Source: Nitrosopumilales archaeon
Lineage (GTDB): Archaea > Thermoproteota > Nitrososphaeria > Nitrososphaerales > Nitrososphaeraceae
Direction: 5' to 3'
Length of the DNA: 20,534 bases
Assembly: GCA_044507735.1 (NCBI GenBank)
Contig: JBIQJB010000033.1
Location: 1-20,534, forward strand
Each line of letters begins with the position of its first letter. Position 1 is the first letter of the stretch. The notes under the pieces were generated by a model. The model did not search any database and had not been told where the DNA came from. It saw nothing but the letters and a program-made list of their open reading frames with translations. Positions 1 to 9,065 of the stretch are shown here, one piece after another. The translations under genes were made by a program, and so were the position numbers.

Positions 1-54
1 AGATGAGTGATCCCGTCCCTTAGGGGTTCGTGGGTTCAAATCCCACCCCCTCCA
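1..54 (+). tRNA. tRNA-Leu, 3' part (5' end outside window), probably with a 37/38 intron
   Basis: T arm GTGGG-TTCAAAT-CCCAC (30-46), long variable arm CCCTTAGGGG, 3' acceptor strand CCCCTCC plus discriminator A54, no encoded CCA. Long variable arm with A73 indicates Leu. Bases 1-9 do not form a Leu anticodon loop, consistent with an intron end. Confidence 0.85.
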
Positions 55-118
55 CTAACCCTTTGTTATTCCTCTGGCTGAGGTTTGGCACAAGGTTCAA
101 ATTGTTTTCAACGGCAGC

Positions 119-628
119 ATGGTCTTGTACAACAAGATGGCGCGCAAGTCAGCGGTGCTCATCCCCGTCATTGCCGCTTCTGTCATCATAGGTATTCTAG
201 GCATTATGTTCATACCTCCGGAGATCAAGAACAGGGACACGGGCTTTCCAAAGGGGACTGTGAAGATTGACGACGACGTGATAACTGTAGAGATCGCTGA
301 AACTGGTCCAGAAAGACAAAGGTGGATGACATTCAGGCAGGATAGGCTTCCGCTTGACACTGCAATGCTGATAAAACATGACAGATCCGACCTACACGAA
401 GTATGGATGATGAATATCGAGTACAACCTTGATCTTATTTGGTTTGATGAGGACGGGAACGTCGTATATCTAATAAGAGACGCACCTCCATGCGGAAACG
501 TAATCGAGACTGTCAGCTGCACCTACAAGACTACGAAATATGCGCTCTATGTGATGGCAGGTACTTCGGGATTTATTGACGAGCACAATATAACAATAGG
601 ATCAAAGATGACCATCATCTCTGTCTAG
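119..628 (+). CDS. DUF192 family membrane-anchored protein
   Basis: N-terminal hydrophobic helix; DUF192-like pattern VEIAET..ER...M.FR..L....AML, WMMN....LDLIW, PPC. Confidence 0.85.
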   Translation: MVLYNKMARKSAVLIPVIAASVIIGILGIMFIPPEIKNRDTGFPKGTVKIDDDVITVEIAETGPERQRWMTFRQDRLPLDTAMLIKHDRSDLHEVWMMNIEYNLDLIWFDEDGNVVYLIRDAPPCGNVIETVSCTYKTTKYALYVMAGTSGFIDEHNITIGSKMTIISV

Positions 629-661
629 CTTTATTACAATGTAGTATCAGTACTATTTTTA

Positions 662-1117
662 GTGTTGAAGCTCATTCTTGCAGATCCTCACGCAAGACCA
701 CTTTCCAAGACAGAAGTAGCGAGATTGCTTTCACGACCAAACCTCCTCAGGCTCGCATACCTCGACGAGGATGGAAAAAGACCCATCGTCCACCCTGTAT
801 GGTATTATTATAGTAAGGGCAAGTTCTTTATTGCAAGCGACATCAACAGCGCGAAAGCAAAGATTCTTCGCAAAAACCACGATGTGTACTTTCTTGTGGA
901 TGAAAGTCCAAAAGGTGGACCAACGCAGGGTGTCAGGGGTAGAGGCACCGCGAAAGTGATTGACGATACGAACTATGGCACAAGGGTGACCCGACGTAAC
1001 GTAAAGAAGTACATGGGTAGCCTGACCAGCAAATCCGCGAAAAGAGTGCTCAAGATGGGCCCAGAATCCTGTGTAATAGAGATAACACCGTCTTACATGG
1101 CCACTTGGAAGTTCTAA
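662..1117 (+). CDS. Pyridoxamine 5'-phosphate oxidase-like (FMN/F420-binding split-barrel) protein
   Basis: RLA..D.DG..P.V.PVWY, S.K...LRKN..V...VD, GV..RG.A pattern; TATA-like TTTATTA about 27 nt upstream of the GTG. Confidence 0.85.
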   Translation: MLKLILADPHARPLSKTEVARLLSRPNLLRLAYLDEDGKRPIVHPVWYYYSKGKFFIASDINSAKAKILRKNHDVYFLVDESPKGGPTQGVRGRGTAKVIDDTNYGTRVTRRNVKKYMGSLTSKSAKRVLKMGPESCVIEITPSYMATWKF

Positions 1118-3057
1118 AAGCTAACCATTTTTTTCAAGTCATCATAAGCCTGCTTTACTTCTTCGATGGCAGCCCCGTCTTCGAGCGTCGTGATGTCGCC
1201 TATCTTGTCTCCGCATGCTATTGACTTGAGCAGACGACGCATGATCTTGCCGCTGCGTGTCTTGGGAAGCTTGCTTACGAAATACACTTCGTCTGGCGTA
1301 GCTATGGGGCCGAGGGTGCTCCTAATGTGCGACACTATCTCGGTTCGCAGACCATCAGATTTCATGCCCTCTTTTGGTACGAGAAACGCGATAATGCATT
1401 CACCCTTTGTGCTATCTGGCTTGCCAGTCACCGCAGCCTCGGCTATGGCCTTGTGCGAGACAAAGGCGCTTTCAAGCTCCATTGTGCCAAGGCGGTGTCC
1501 TGCCACCTTAAGAACATCATCCGCTCTGCCTAGGAGCCACATGTATCCATCGTGGTCGACAAGGGCATAATCGCCTGGATAATAATACATACCTTCGAAC
1601 CTGCTCCAATACGTCTGCCTGTATTTTTCATCATCGCCCCAGAGCGAAAGAAGCATCCCTGGCCATGGCTTTCTCACAACGATGTAGCCCTTTGTGCCGG
1701 GTGGGACAGGCTTTCCGCTCTCATCCACTACAACAGCTTCAACTCCGGGCACCGGGAATGTGGCCGAGCCGGGCTTCATAGGGATCGTCTCAATGCCCGT
1801 GCACATGCTTAACATTATTCCGCCTGTCTCTGTCTGCCACCATGTGTCAACTATCGGACAGGCCTCTTTGCCTATTGTCTTAAAGTACCACATCCACACT
1901 TCGGGGTTTATGGGTTCGCCGACGGTGCCAAGGAGACGGAGCGACGAAAGATCAAAAGAGTTCGGTATGGCATCGCCGTACTTCATGTACATCCTGAGTG
2001 CAGTCGGGGTCGTATACAGTATGGTGGCGCCGTACTTCTCAACTATGGCCCAGTATCTGTCGGGCTTTGGAAAGTCTGGTGCACCTTCGTACATTATCTC
2101 GGTGACTCCGTGCATGAGTGGCGCATAGACCACGTAACTATGGCCTGTCACCCAGCCAATGTCTGCAGTACAGAAGAAAATGTCCTGCTTGTTGAAATCA
2201 AAAACCCATCTTGCAGTTGAATAAAGATGAGTGAGGTAGCCCCCTGTTCCATGCATCACGCCTTTTGGCTTGCCTGTCGTGCCGGAAGTATAGAGAATGT
2301 AGAGGGGGTGCGTACTTTCTACCTGCTCTGGTTCGCAATAAGTTCTCGCCCCTTCCATGAGGTCGTGCCACCAAAGATCCTTTGGACCCATCTTGACCTG
2401 GTTCGCAGCTCTTTTCAGCACTACCACGTGCTCTACAGAAGGTGTTGATGGAAGTGCTTCGTCAACTACTTTTTTCAACTCGATTAGTTTGCCCTTTCTA
2501 AATCCGCCGTCCGCAGTAACGATCACTTTTGATTGGGCGTCATTGACACGATCTACCAGTGCCTGTGACGAAAAACCAGAAAACACGACGGAATGGATCG
2601 CGCCCAACCTGGCGCAGGCAAGCATTGAAACGGGCAGCTCAGGTACCATAGGCATGTATATCGTCACCCTGTCGCCTTTTGTTACGCCAAGTCCTTTGAG
2701 GACATCGGCGAACTTGTTCACCTGACGGTATAACTGGAAATAAGAAAGTGTCCGGGTCTCTCCGCTTTCGCCCTCCCATATTATGGCGGCCTTGTTCTTG
2801 ATGTCGGTCGTGATGTGTCTGTCAAGGCAGTTCACTGATGCATTTAACCTGCCTCCTGCAAACCATCTTGCAAATGGCGGCTTCCAGTCAAGAACCTTCT
2901 CCCACTCTCTTGACCATATAAGGTTGCGCGCCTCCTCTGCCCAGAACCCTTCCGGGTCCTTCGCGGCCTCTTTTGCAGCTCTTTCAAGCCTGCTTCCGGG
3001 CTTGATACTGACCTTTATCTTGCCGCTCTCTTCGTACAACTTTGAAGGGGTAGACAA
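1114..3057 (-). CDS. acs: AMP-forming acetyl-CoA synthetase
   Basis: YTSGTTGKPKG, TADIGWVTGHSY, DTWWQTETG and PKTRSGKIMRR motifs; 647 aa; TTG start with TTTAAA at 3084-3089. Confidence 0.95.
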   Translation of the reverse strand: MSTPSKLYEESGKIKVSIKPGSRLERAAKEAAKDPEGFWAEEARNLIWSREWEKVLDWKPPFARWFAGGRLNASVNCLDRHITTDIKNKAAIIWEGESGETRTLSYFQLYRQVNKFADVLKGLGVTKGDRVTIYMPMVPELPVSMLACARLGAIHSVVFSGFSSQALVDRVNDAQSKVIVTADGGFRKGKLIELKKVVDEALPSTPSVEHVVVLKRAANQVKMGPKDLWWHDLMEGARTYCEPEQVESTHPLYILYTSGTTGKPKGVMHGTGGYLTHLYSTARWVFDFNKQDIFFCTADIGWVTGHSYVVYAPLMHGVTEIMYEGAPDFPKPDRYWAIVEKYGATILYTTPTALRMYMKYGDAIPNSFDLSSLRLLGTVGEPINPEVWMWYFKTIGKEACPIVDTWWQTETGGIMLSMCTGIETIPMKPGSATFPVPGVEAVVVDESGKPVPPGTKGYIVVRKPWPGMLLSLWGDDEKYRQTYWSRFEGMYYYPGDYALVDHDGYMWLLGRADDVLKVAGHRLGTMELESAFVSHKAIAEAAVTGKPDSTKGECIIAFLVPKEGMKSDGLRTEIVSHIRSTLGPIATPDEVYFVSKLPKTRSGKIMRRLLKSIACGDKIGDITTLEDGAAIEEVKQAYDDLKKMVSF

Positions 3058-3201
3058 ACGATATAAGAAAATGGAAACTGGCCTTTAAATCATTTGTTTG
3101 ATTCTTCGCTATGCACGAAAAACCGAAAGTGAATTCATAAGTTTGTTACTAAAAAGTCTGTCGATATATTAAAAATCGAGAAAAATCACTGCTATCATAG
3201 T

Positions 3202-3465
3202 TTGAAGTACAGAAGCAGAACAGAAATAGTTGCAATGATCCTAGAGGCTGCAAACGGCGGAGCCACAAAGACGAAAATTATGTACAAAGCTTTCCTGAGC
3301 TATGCACAGCTGAGGGAATACCTGACAGTGCTGATCGAAAACGGCCTGCTTGAATACATGGAAGGGACGCAAACATACAAGACCACTGCAAAGGGCCTGA
3401 ACTTCCTAAAGATGCACAGCGAGATAGGCGAGCTGCTGCAGACTAGTACGGCCCGAGAACGCTGA
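3202..3465 (+). CDS. Small winged-helix transcriptional regulator (HTH_45/COG3432-like)
   Basis: RSRTEIVAMILEAA...TKTKIMYKAFLSY.QL..YL..L...GLL...Y.TT.KG pattern; TATATTAA upstream; T-tract after the stop. Confidence 0.9.
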   Translation: MKYRSRTEIVAMILEAANGGATKTKIMYKAFLSYAQLREYLTVLIENGLLEYMEGTQTYKTTAKGLNFLKMHSEIGELLQTSTARER

Positions 3466-3486
3466 CCCCTCTTAATTTTTTGAAGC

Positions 3487-3532
3487 AGAAAAAGAAAAAG
3501 TTCAGAATGACCGGACTTCTAGAGTCCAGTCA
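3487..3532 (-). terminator. Hairpin plus U-tract downstream of cdvA
   Basis: Minus strand TGACTGGACT-CTAGA-AGTCCGGTCA (3532-3508, 10 bp with one G-U) followed by TTTTTCTTTTTCT; a second T-tract lies right after the stop. Confidence 0.6.
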
Positions 3533-3541
3533 GTAAAAAAT

Positions 3542-4357
3542 CTATTTTGTGATTACCTGGTTCAGCCAGCTCGTCTCTTGCTCTGAGCCACCGTTGGCCG
3601 ACACTGGCACTGGCTTCTCTCCCTCATCTTCGGACGGTGTTGCTGATACTTCTTGCGCCGGAGCTACATCCTCATCTCCAAGATGGCTTGTTGAGTCAGC
3701 GACAGGCGTCTCTGTTGCAGGAGCTGCTACAGTTGCCGTTGGCGCAGCTGATTCGGTTGTAATGTTTTCAAGTGTGTTTGCTGCCATCTTTGCTCTGACA
3801 TTGCCGATTTCGGTCCTCTCGTTGTTGATGTGCTCTAGTAGCTCATCCGTCTGCACTTTGATCTGTTGGTAGGTTTCTTCCCTCATTTCGTTGCTCCTAA
3901 ACTGCAGCTTGGCGTCAAATAGGACGGCCTTGATGTTTCTGGCTTCAGCGTCAAGCTCGGACAGACGCGCGTTCAGCGTGTCGTTGACCTGCTTTTCGCT
4001 TGCTTCAAGCTCCGAGAGCTTTTTCTCATATTTTATGTAGACCAACTCTGCATCGTCCTTCATGCCGTCGTTCTCAGCGACAATGTCCTGCAACGCCTTT
4101 ATCCTCTTTAGCGTCAGTGACTTTTGCCTCAGCAGCCTTTGTGCATCCAGCCTCCATTTCGGAATAAAGAAGACATAGTCTCCTTGGATGACGAGCTGCT
4201 CGTACGGCAGTTGCTTCAGTCCGCCAGAGCCTGTGTCGACCCCGACAGTCTCGATCTCACCGTCAATCTCGGTTATTATGCCGACTACCTTTCCGATGTA
4301 AGTACCATAGATGTCTTTGACTTGCTTGCCTACGAATCCGAGCTTTTCTTCGCTCAT
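3542..4357 (-). CDS. cdvA: Cell division protein CdvA
   Basis: N-terminal PRC-barrel-like GKQVKDIYG..IGKVV, IPKWR hinge, long coiled coil, acidic P/A/T/E tail ending in SWLNQVITK. Confidence 0.88.
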   Translation of the reverse strand: MSEEKLGFVGKQVKDIYGTYIGKVVGIITEIDGEIETVGVDTGSGGLKQLPYEQLVIQGDYVFFIPKWRLDAQRLLRQKSLTLKRIKALQDIVAENDGMKDDAELVYIKYEKKLSELEASEKQVNDTLNARLSELDAEARNIKAVLFDAKLQFRSNEMREETYQQIKVQTDELLEHINNERTEIGNVRAKMAANTLENITTESAAPTATVAAPATETPVADSTSHLGDEDVAPAQEVSATPSEDEGEKPVPVSANGGSEQETSWLNQVITK

Positions 4358-4383
4358 GCGAATCGTTGAGCAATATGGTATAA

Positions 4384-4397
4384 TGACAACGGTGTCA
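4384..4397. promoter_or_regulatory. Inverted repeat TGACA-N4-TGTCA next to the putative cdvA TATA box
   Basis: Perfect 5-bp arms immediately upstream (minus strand) of TTATA at 4383-4379, about 25 nt from the cdvA ATG. Confidence 0.45.
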
Positions 4398-4482
4398 AAA
4401 TTTGTGCATTATTTAGTAAGAGCATTTTTTGCCTTTTCTTGTTGCGCAGCTTTTTATTTGACGTTGTACCCCGCTATTCATA

Positions 4483-6129
4483 TTGGTGTTTGATAGCGCG
4501 GTCTTTCTGGACAGATTTACTGAAGAAGAGAAAGCTGTGCTTAAGGACCACTTCTCGAATGCTGATAGGGCAGTTTTTGCGATAACAACTCCAAGACAAG
4601 TGGACAGAGGAGCACTCATGTCGCGCTATTCTAGGACAGACAAGACTATGCGGAGAGTGTTTCTGGACGAATTTGCCAAGAATCCAAACAGAGGAGAAGA
4701 GTTCTACAAACGCGTCCTCCTCGAATACGGAGACGACTCCGTAGCGGAGCTGGGCGAAGCGCAGGTGGCAGTAGAGGGAATCTCGAACATTGCCGCCAAA
4801 AAGATAGAGGATCGGAGGATCGGTCTCTCATTCCTTGAAAAGTCATCTCGCTATGTTGCATTTGACCAGAAGGTTGACGGACACTACCGTTATGTCAGAG
4901 AGGCGGGAATCATGCAGTCCTCTCACGCCGACAGGTACATCGAGGCATGCGATTTGTCTTTTGATACCTACAGCAAGGGGATACAGCCTCTTCAGTCGTT
5001 CTTGAAGGAAAGGGAGCCAATAGAGCGGTTCAAATTCCTTGATTCCAGCCTGCAGAAGGATGTGCCCTTTGGACAGCTGAAGGAAGAAATCGACATAAGG
5101 GCCGCAGAGCGGGTATACAACGTCACTATTAGGGCAAAGGCCTTTGACCTCTTGCGCGGGCTCTTGCCTGCATCCACGATGACAAATGTTGGAATCACTG
5201 GTAACGGCAGGGCCTTTGAATACCTGTTGACGCTCATGTTCGGCTCAAGACTAGGAGAGATTAGGTCAATTGCAGACCAGCTGTTTTGCGAGCTGAATGC
5301 AGTTATTCCATCCTTTATCAGGCGTGCAAACGATAGGTACGGACATGCACTGCAGGAATATGTTGCAAAGACTGCGGGTGCGATTAACAGACTTGCGGAG
5401 AGTCATCTGTCTGGAGTACCAATAGAAAAAGAACCAGAGCGTGTAAGGCTGGTCGACTTTGAAGACAATTTTCAAGCAGAAGTCAAAGTTGCTTCTGCAA
5501 TACTCTACGAACATGCGTATGGTCAGTCGCTCAACACGATAAGAAACTATGTCAAGTCTATGACGGGGGAAGAGAGACACAAAATTATTAGAACATATAC
5601 CGAATTTAGGGCGAACAGACGACACCGACCCGGCAGGGCGTTTGAAATGGTCGATTACACGTTTGAACTGTTCACTAACTTTGGCATATTCCGAGACCTG
5701 CACAGGCACAGGGTGCTCACATTGGAACGCCAGCTGCTGTCGACGCGTCACGGTTATGACTTGCCCCAAGAACTGGTTGATGCAGGGCTGGACAAGGATT
5801 TCAAGGATTGCATGTATACCACAAAACAGGCATATGAGGCGATTGCAAGGAGGATGCCTGAAGAAGCACAGTATGTCGTAAACTTCGCCTACCGCTACCC
5901 ATATTTTGTAAAGATGAACCTGAGAGAAGCATGCCATCTGATAGAGTTACGCACAGCGCCGCAAGGCCATCCGGACTACCGCATCGCCTGCCAAAAAATG
6001 TATGGCGAAATAAGGCGAGTTCACCCGGTGCTGGCAGAAGGCATAAGGTTTGCCGACATGAACACCTATGAACTCGAAAGACTCGATGCCGAAAAAAAGA
6101 CGGAGAAGAAGAGACAGCAGATAAGTTAG
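4483..6129 (+). CDS. thyX: FAD-dependent thymidylate synthase ThyX, tandem two-domain type
   Basis: [23 protein letters not shown] and R.LLP in domain 1; RDLHRHR and NLRE...IELR in domain 2; 548 aa. Confidence 0.92.
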   Translation: MVFDSAVFLDRFTEEEKAVLKDHFSNADRAVFAITTPRQVDRGALMSRYSRTDKTMRRVFLDEFAKNPNRGEEFYKRVLLEYGDDSVAELGEAQVAVEGISNIAAKKIEDRRIGLSFLEKSSRYVAFDQKVDGHYRYVREAGIMQSSHADRYIEACDLSFDTYSKGIQPLQSFLKEREPIERFKFLDSSLQKDVPFGQLKEEIDIRAAERVYNVTIRAKAFDLLRGLLPASTMTNVGITGNGRAFEYLLTLMFGSRLGEIRSIADQLFCELNAVIPSFIRRANDRYGHALQEYVAKTAGAINRLAESHLSGVPIEKEPERVRLVDFEDNFQAEVKVASAILYEHAYGQSLNTIRNYVKSMTGEERHKIIRTYTEFRANRRHRPGRAFEMVDYTFELFTNFGIFRDLHRHRVLTLERQLLSTRHGYDLPQELVDAGLDKDFKDCMYTTKQAYEAIARRMPEEAQYVVNFAYRYPYFVKMNLREACHLIELRTAPQGHPDYRIACQKMYGEIRRVHPVLAEGIRFADMNTYELERLDAEKKTEKKRQQIS

Positions 6130-6620
6130 TCAAATTGACATTGAAAAGAGGATCAGCATGGTAGCACGAAACGGGGGTTGTTGTGCATAACGTGTCTCTA
6201 GCAGCTTCTTGTCCCCGGCCAACCAAAGCATGATTGATGCAATGCAGGGTCTCTTTTCTGCCGTTCTGCATACCCTGTCTTCAAATCATCTACGTTTTGG
6301 CATCATCACGAGATCTCGACCTTAGTCAGATGTGATGCCACATCGTCAAACTTGAATGCCGCTCAGAATAAGGATTGTTGATCGGCCTGCCCCTATACAT
6401 GACTGACAGGTCGATTGCCATCCATAGCGACACGCTTCTGCCTGGAAGTGGAATCCGAAAATCGGCTGAGACTGTCATGATTATTTCTGCAATTGAAAGA
6501 ACTCCCTTTCGCGAAACACAATCCCCATACTGTCTGGTCACTGCCAGCGCCGCCTCTATCGGCTTTTTTAGGTGCGGACGGGATTTCTTTGCTTCTCGAG
6601 AGCAGCTGGCAGAAAAACCA

Positions 6621-6726
6621 TACAGCCATTTGTTGGTGATTATAACCAATGAATGGTGATACACGGCGTTATTGACCAATCTTTATATATTACCATTGAT
6701 TACCATTAGATGGTAATTAAAATGGT
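6621..6726 (+). promoter_or_regulatory. Promoter (TTTATATA 6682-6689) with repeated RCCA-N5-TGGT operator-like sites
   Basis: Sites at 6625-6637, 6645-6657 and 6702-6714, plus half-sites at 6617, 6675, 6692 and 6723. Confidence 0.65.
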
Positions 6727-7180
6727 CGACAAGACTAACCCTACAACAAGAGACGAATCAAAGACAAGTGACATATATGATACATTGAGGGACAACCTCA
6801 TCAGGACAGTAGATGAATTTGCAAAGGTCCAGCCCCAGTATTCACAATCCATCTCCAACCTCCAACTGGACTACATCCAGACTACAAAGAACATGATCCA
6901 GACGGCGTTCGCTGCTCAAAAGCAGTTTGCAAGTTCGATAAACGTCCCCGCAGTTCCATATGCTGACCTGCTAACAAGGCAGTCAAACGAAATGACAAAC
7001 AATGCAATTAGGTCCGTTGGTATCAACAACCAGCTGACAATCAACGCGCTGGACGCTGCAAGAGAAAACCTAAAGATCTACAATCGTACAGTCGATGCTG
7101 TGACCGACTTTTCCACCAATGTGGCAAAGGCATGGACAACCTTCTTTGCCCAACAGACTCAACAATTTACAAGGCAGTAA
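6710..7180 (+). CDS. Q/N/T-rich helical protein, phasin (PhaP)-like; start at 6710 or 6722
   Basis: About 150 aa, amphipathic helical periodicity, no Cys, aromatic C-terminal AWTTFF, strong TATA and own pyrimidine-rich terminator. CDS is well supported; the phasin function is inference. Confidence 0.6.
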   Translation: MVIKMVDKTNPTTRDESKTSDIYDTLRDNLIRTVDEFAKVQPQYSQSISNLQLDYIQTTKNMIQTAFAAQKQFASSINVPAVPYADLLTRQSNEMTNNAIRSVGINNQLTINALDAARENLKIYNRTVDAVTDFSTNVAKAWTTFFAQQTQQFTRQ

Positions 7181-7189
7181 GAACCCTCG

Positions 7190-7214
7190 TCTTCTCTTCT
7201 TTTCTTACTTTTTT
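7190..7214 (+). terminator. Oligo-pyrimidine/T-tract terminator
   Basis: TCTTCTCTTCTTTTCTTACTTTTTT shortly after the stop at 7180. Confidence 0.6.
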
Positions 7215-7249
7215 GGCATAGTTAATAAGTAAGTTGGGAGCCATTATAA

Positions 7250-7885
<636 letters not shown>

Positions 7886-7923
7886 ACAATCAGTTAATAT
7901 TGCACATTACTTGATTATCGGCG

Positions 7924-8397
7924 TTGGCCAAATTCTCTGTAGTGGCCACGGGCGGCACATTTGACGAAATCCATATCGGTCATATCGCACTCTTGTCAAA
8001 AGCATTTCAGACAGGGGATAGGGTGATAATTGGAGTTTCAAGCGACGAGTTTGCAGCGAGGAGGGGCAAGAGACTCAACCACAGCTACGCTCAGCGCGTT
8101 GAAAACCTAAGGAAGATGATAAGAAAAGAGTTTGGCAATGTTGATTATGAAATTTCAATGCTCAATGGAGACTTTGGCCCTGCGGTGACAACCGGTGACG
8201 TCGAGGCACTGGTAACGAGTAGTGAGACGCAGATCAAGGGCAAGTTTCTCAACGAGATGCGAACTAGGAATGGCCTAAAGCCTGTGGAAGTAATTACAGT
8301 CGAGCTGGTCAAGGCGGAAGACGGCATGCCAATATCATCTACTCGTATCAGAGCTGGTGAAATTGACAACAAGGGCAGGTTGTTAAAACACAGGTAA
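7924..8397 (+). CDS. coaD: Archaeal phosphopantetheine adenylyltransferase
   Basis: GGTFD.IH.GH, FGPA, S.ET, N..R...GL.P and ISSTRIR.GEID motifs. Confidence 0.92.
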   Translation: MAKFSVVATGGTFDEIHIGHIALLSKAFQTGDRVIIGVSSDEFAARRGKRLNHSYAQRVENLRKMIRKEFGNVDYEISMLNGDFGPAVTTGDVEALVTSSETQIKGKFLNEMRTRNGLKPVEVITVELVKAEDGMPISSTRIRAGEIDNKGRLLKHR

Positions 8398-8445
8398 ACA
8401 ATCTTTGATTATCTGGATTTTATTCGGATCTATCTGCCACACAGT

Positions 8446-8784
8446 GTGTATCCGGAAACACCGATTGATTATGCTTCGGGAAAAATACTGTCAGGAGTCA
8501 AAAACCTGCGAGATGGTCTCGACCCTGACATCCTAGCATACTGGTACAAGCGAATAGAAGACCGGTCGAGAGAAGTTGTGCCTTCGCATCTCAAAGACAA
8601 GATCCACTTTGAGCAGGACAGAATATTGTGGATGAAGTTCAAAATGGACGTCTCAAAGAGGGCGGTGCCGTACGTCATGCAGGTGATAGAGGAATACATC
8701 CCTATGATGCCCTATTCAACCGGCCTATATTTCAGAAAGGTTCAGGAAATACTAACCGACGAGATGAACAAGGAGCTGCGCTAG
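8446..8784 (+). CDS. Hypothetical protein
   Basis: 112-aa ORF filling the gap, protein-like composition, TTTTATT about 27 nt upstream of the GTG. Confidence 0.75.
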   Translation: MYPETPIDYASGKILSGVKNLRDGLDPDILAYWYKRIEDRSREVVPSHLKDKIHFEQDRILWMKFKMDVSKRAVPYVMQVIEEYIPMMPYSTGLYFRKVQEILTDEMNKELR

Positions 8785-9065
8785 TCAAGCACTATTTCTG
8801 CAACCGGGCCAGAAAAGTCGCTTGACCGGATCTTTTCCTTGCCCGTTACCACGTCTAGCAAGAGCGACCTGAGTCTGTCGACATTCTCCTTATCTTTCAA
8901 CAAGACCGCATGCGACGATTTATCCTTTAGCTTTATCACTATTTCATTGCCAACCACTGCGGCAACGCCGTCTACATATACAGTTTCATCTTTCTGTACA
9001 GATACAAGGCCTGCCAGCTTTTCCGCTTCGTAGCGGTCTTCGCATTCAAATTTGATGGACTTCAT
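8781..9065 (-). CDS. Hypothetical protein translationally coupled to trpS
   Basis: ATGA overlap with the trpS stop; globular-looking 94 aa. Confidence 0.8.
   Translation of the reverse strand: MKSIKFECEDRYEAEKLAGLVSVQKDETVYVDGVAAVVGNEIVIKLKDKSSHAVLLKDKENVDRLRSLLLDVVTGKEKIRSSDFSGPVAEIVLD

Noticed and set aside
1114-3057. acs as the 3-hydroxypropionyl- or 4-hydroxybutyryl-CoA synthetase of carbon fixation
   Set aside because: Thaumarchaeal HP/HB-cycle ligases are ADP-forming; this protein has standard AMP-forming Acs motifs.
6255-6310. Possible C/D box sRNA on the minus strand (GTGATGA...ATGA..TTGAAGA...CAGA)
   Set aside because: No CTGA D box at the proper distance; the rRNA complementarity noticed was only about 8 nt.
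6326-6679. 117-aa minus-strand ORF (and overlapping 6375-6659 and 6393-6629)
   Set aside because: No recognisable motifs, atypical composition, and it runs through the operator array; a decayed gene cannot be excluded.
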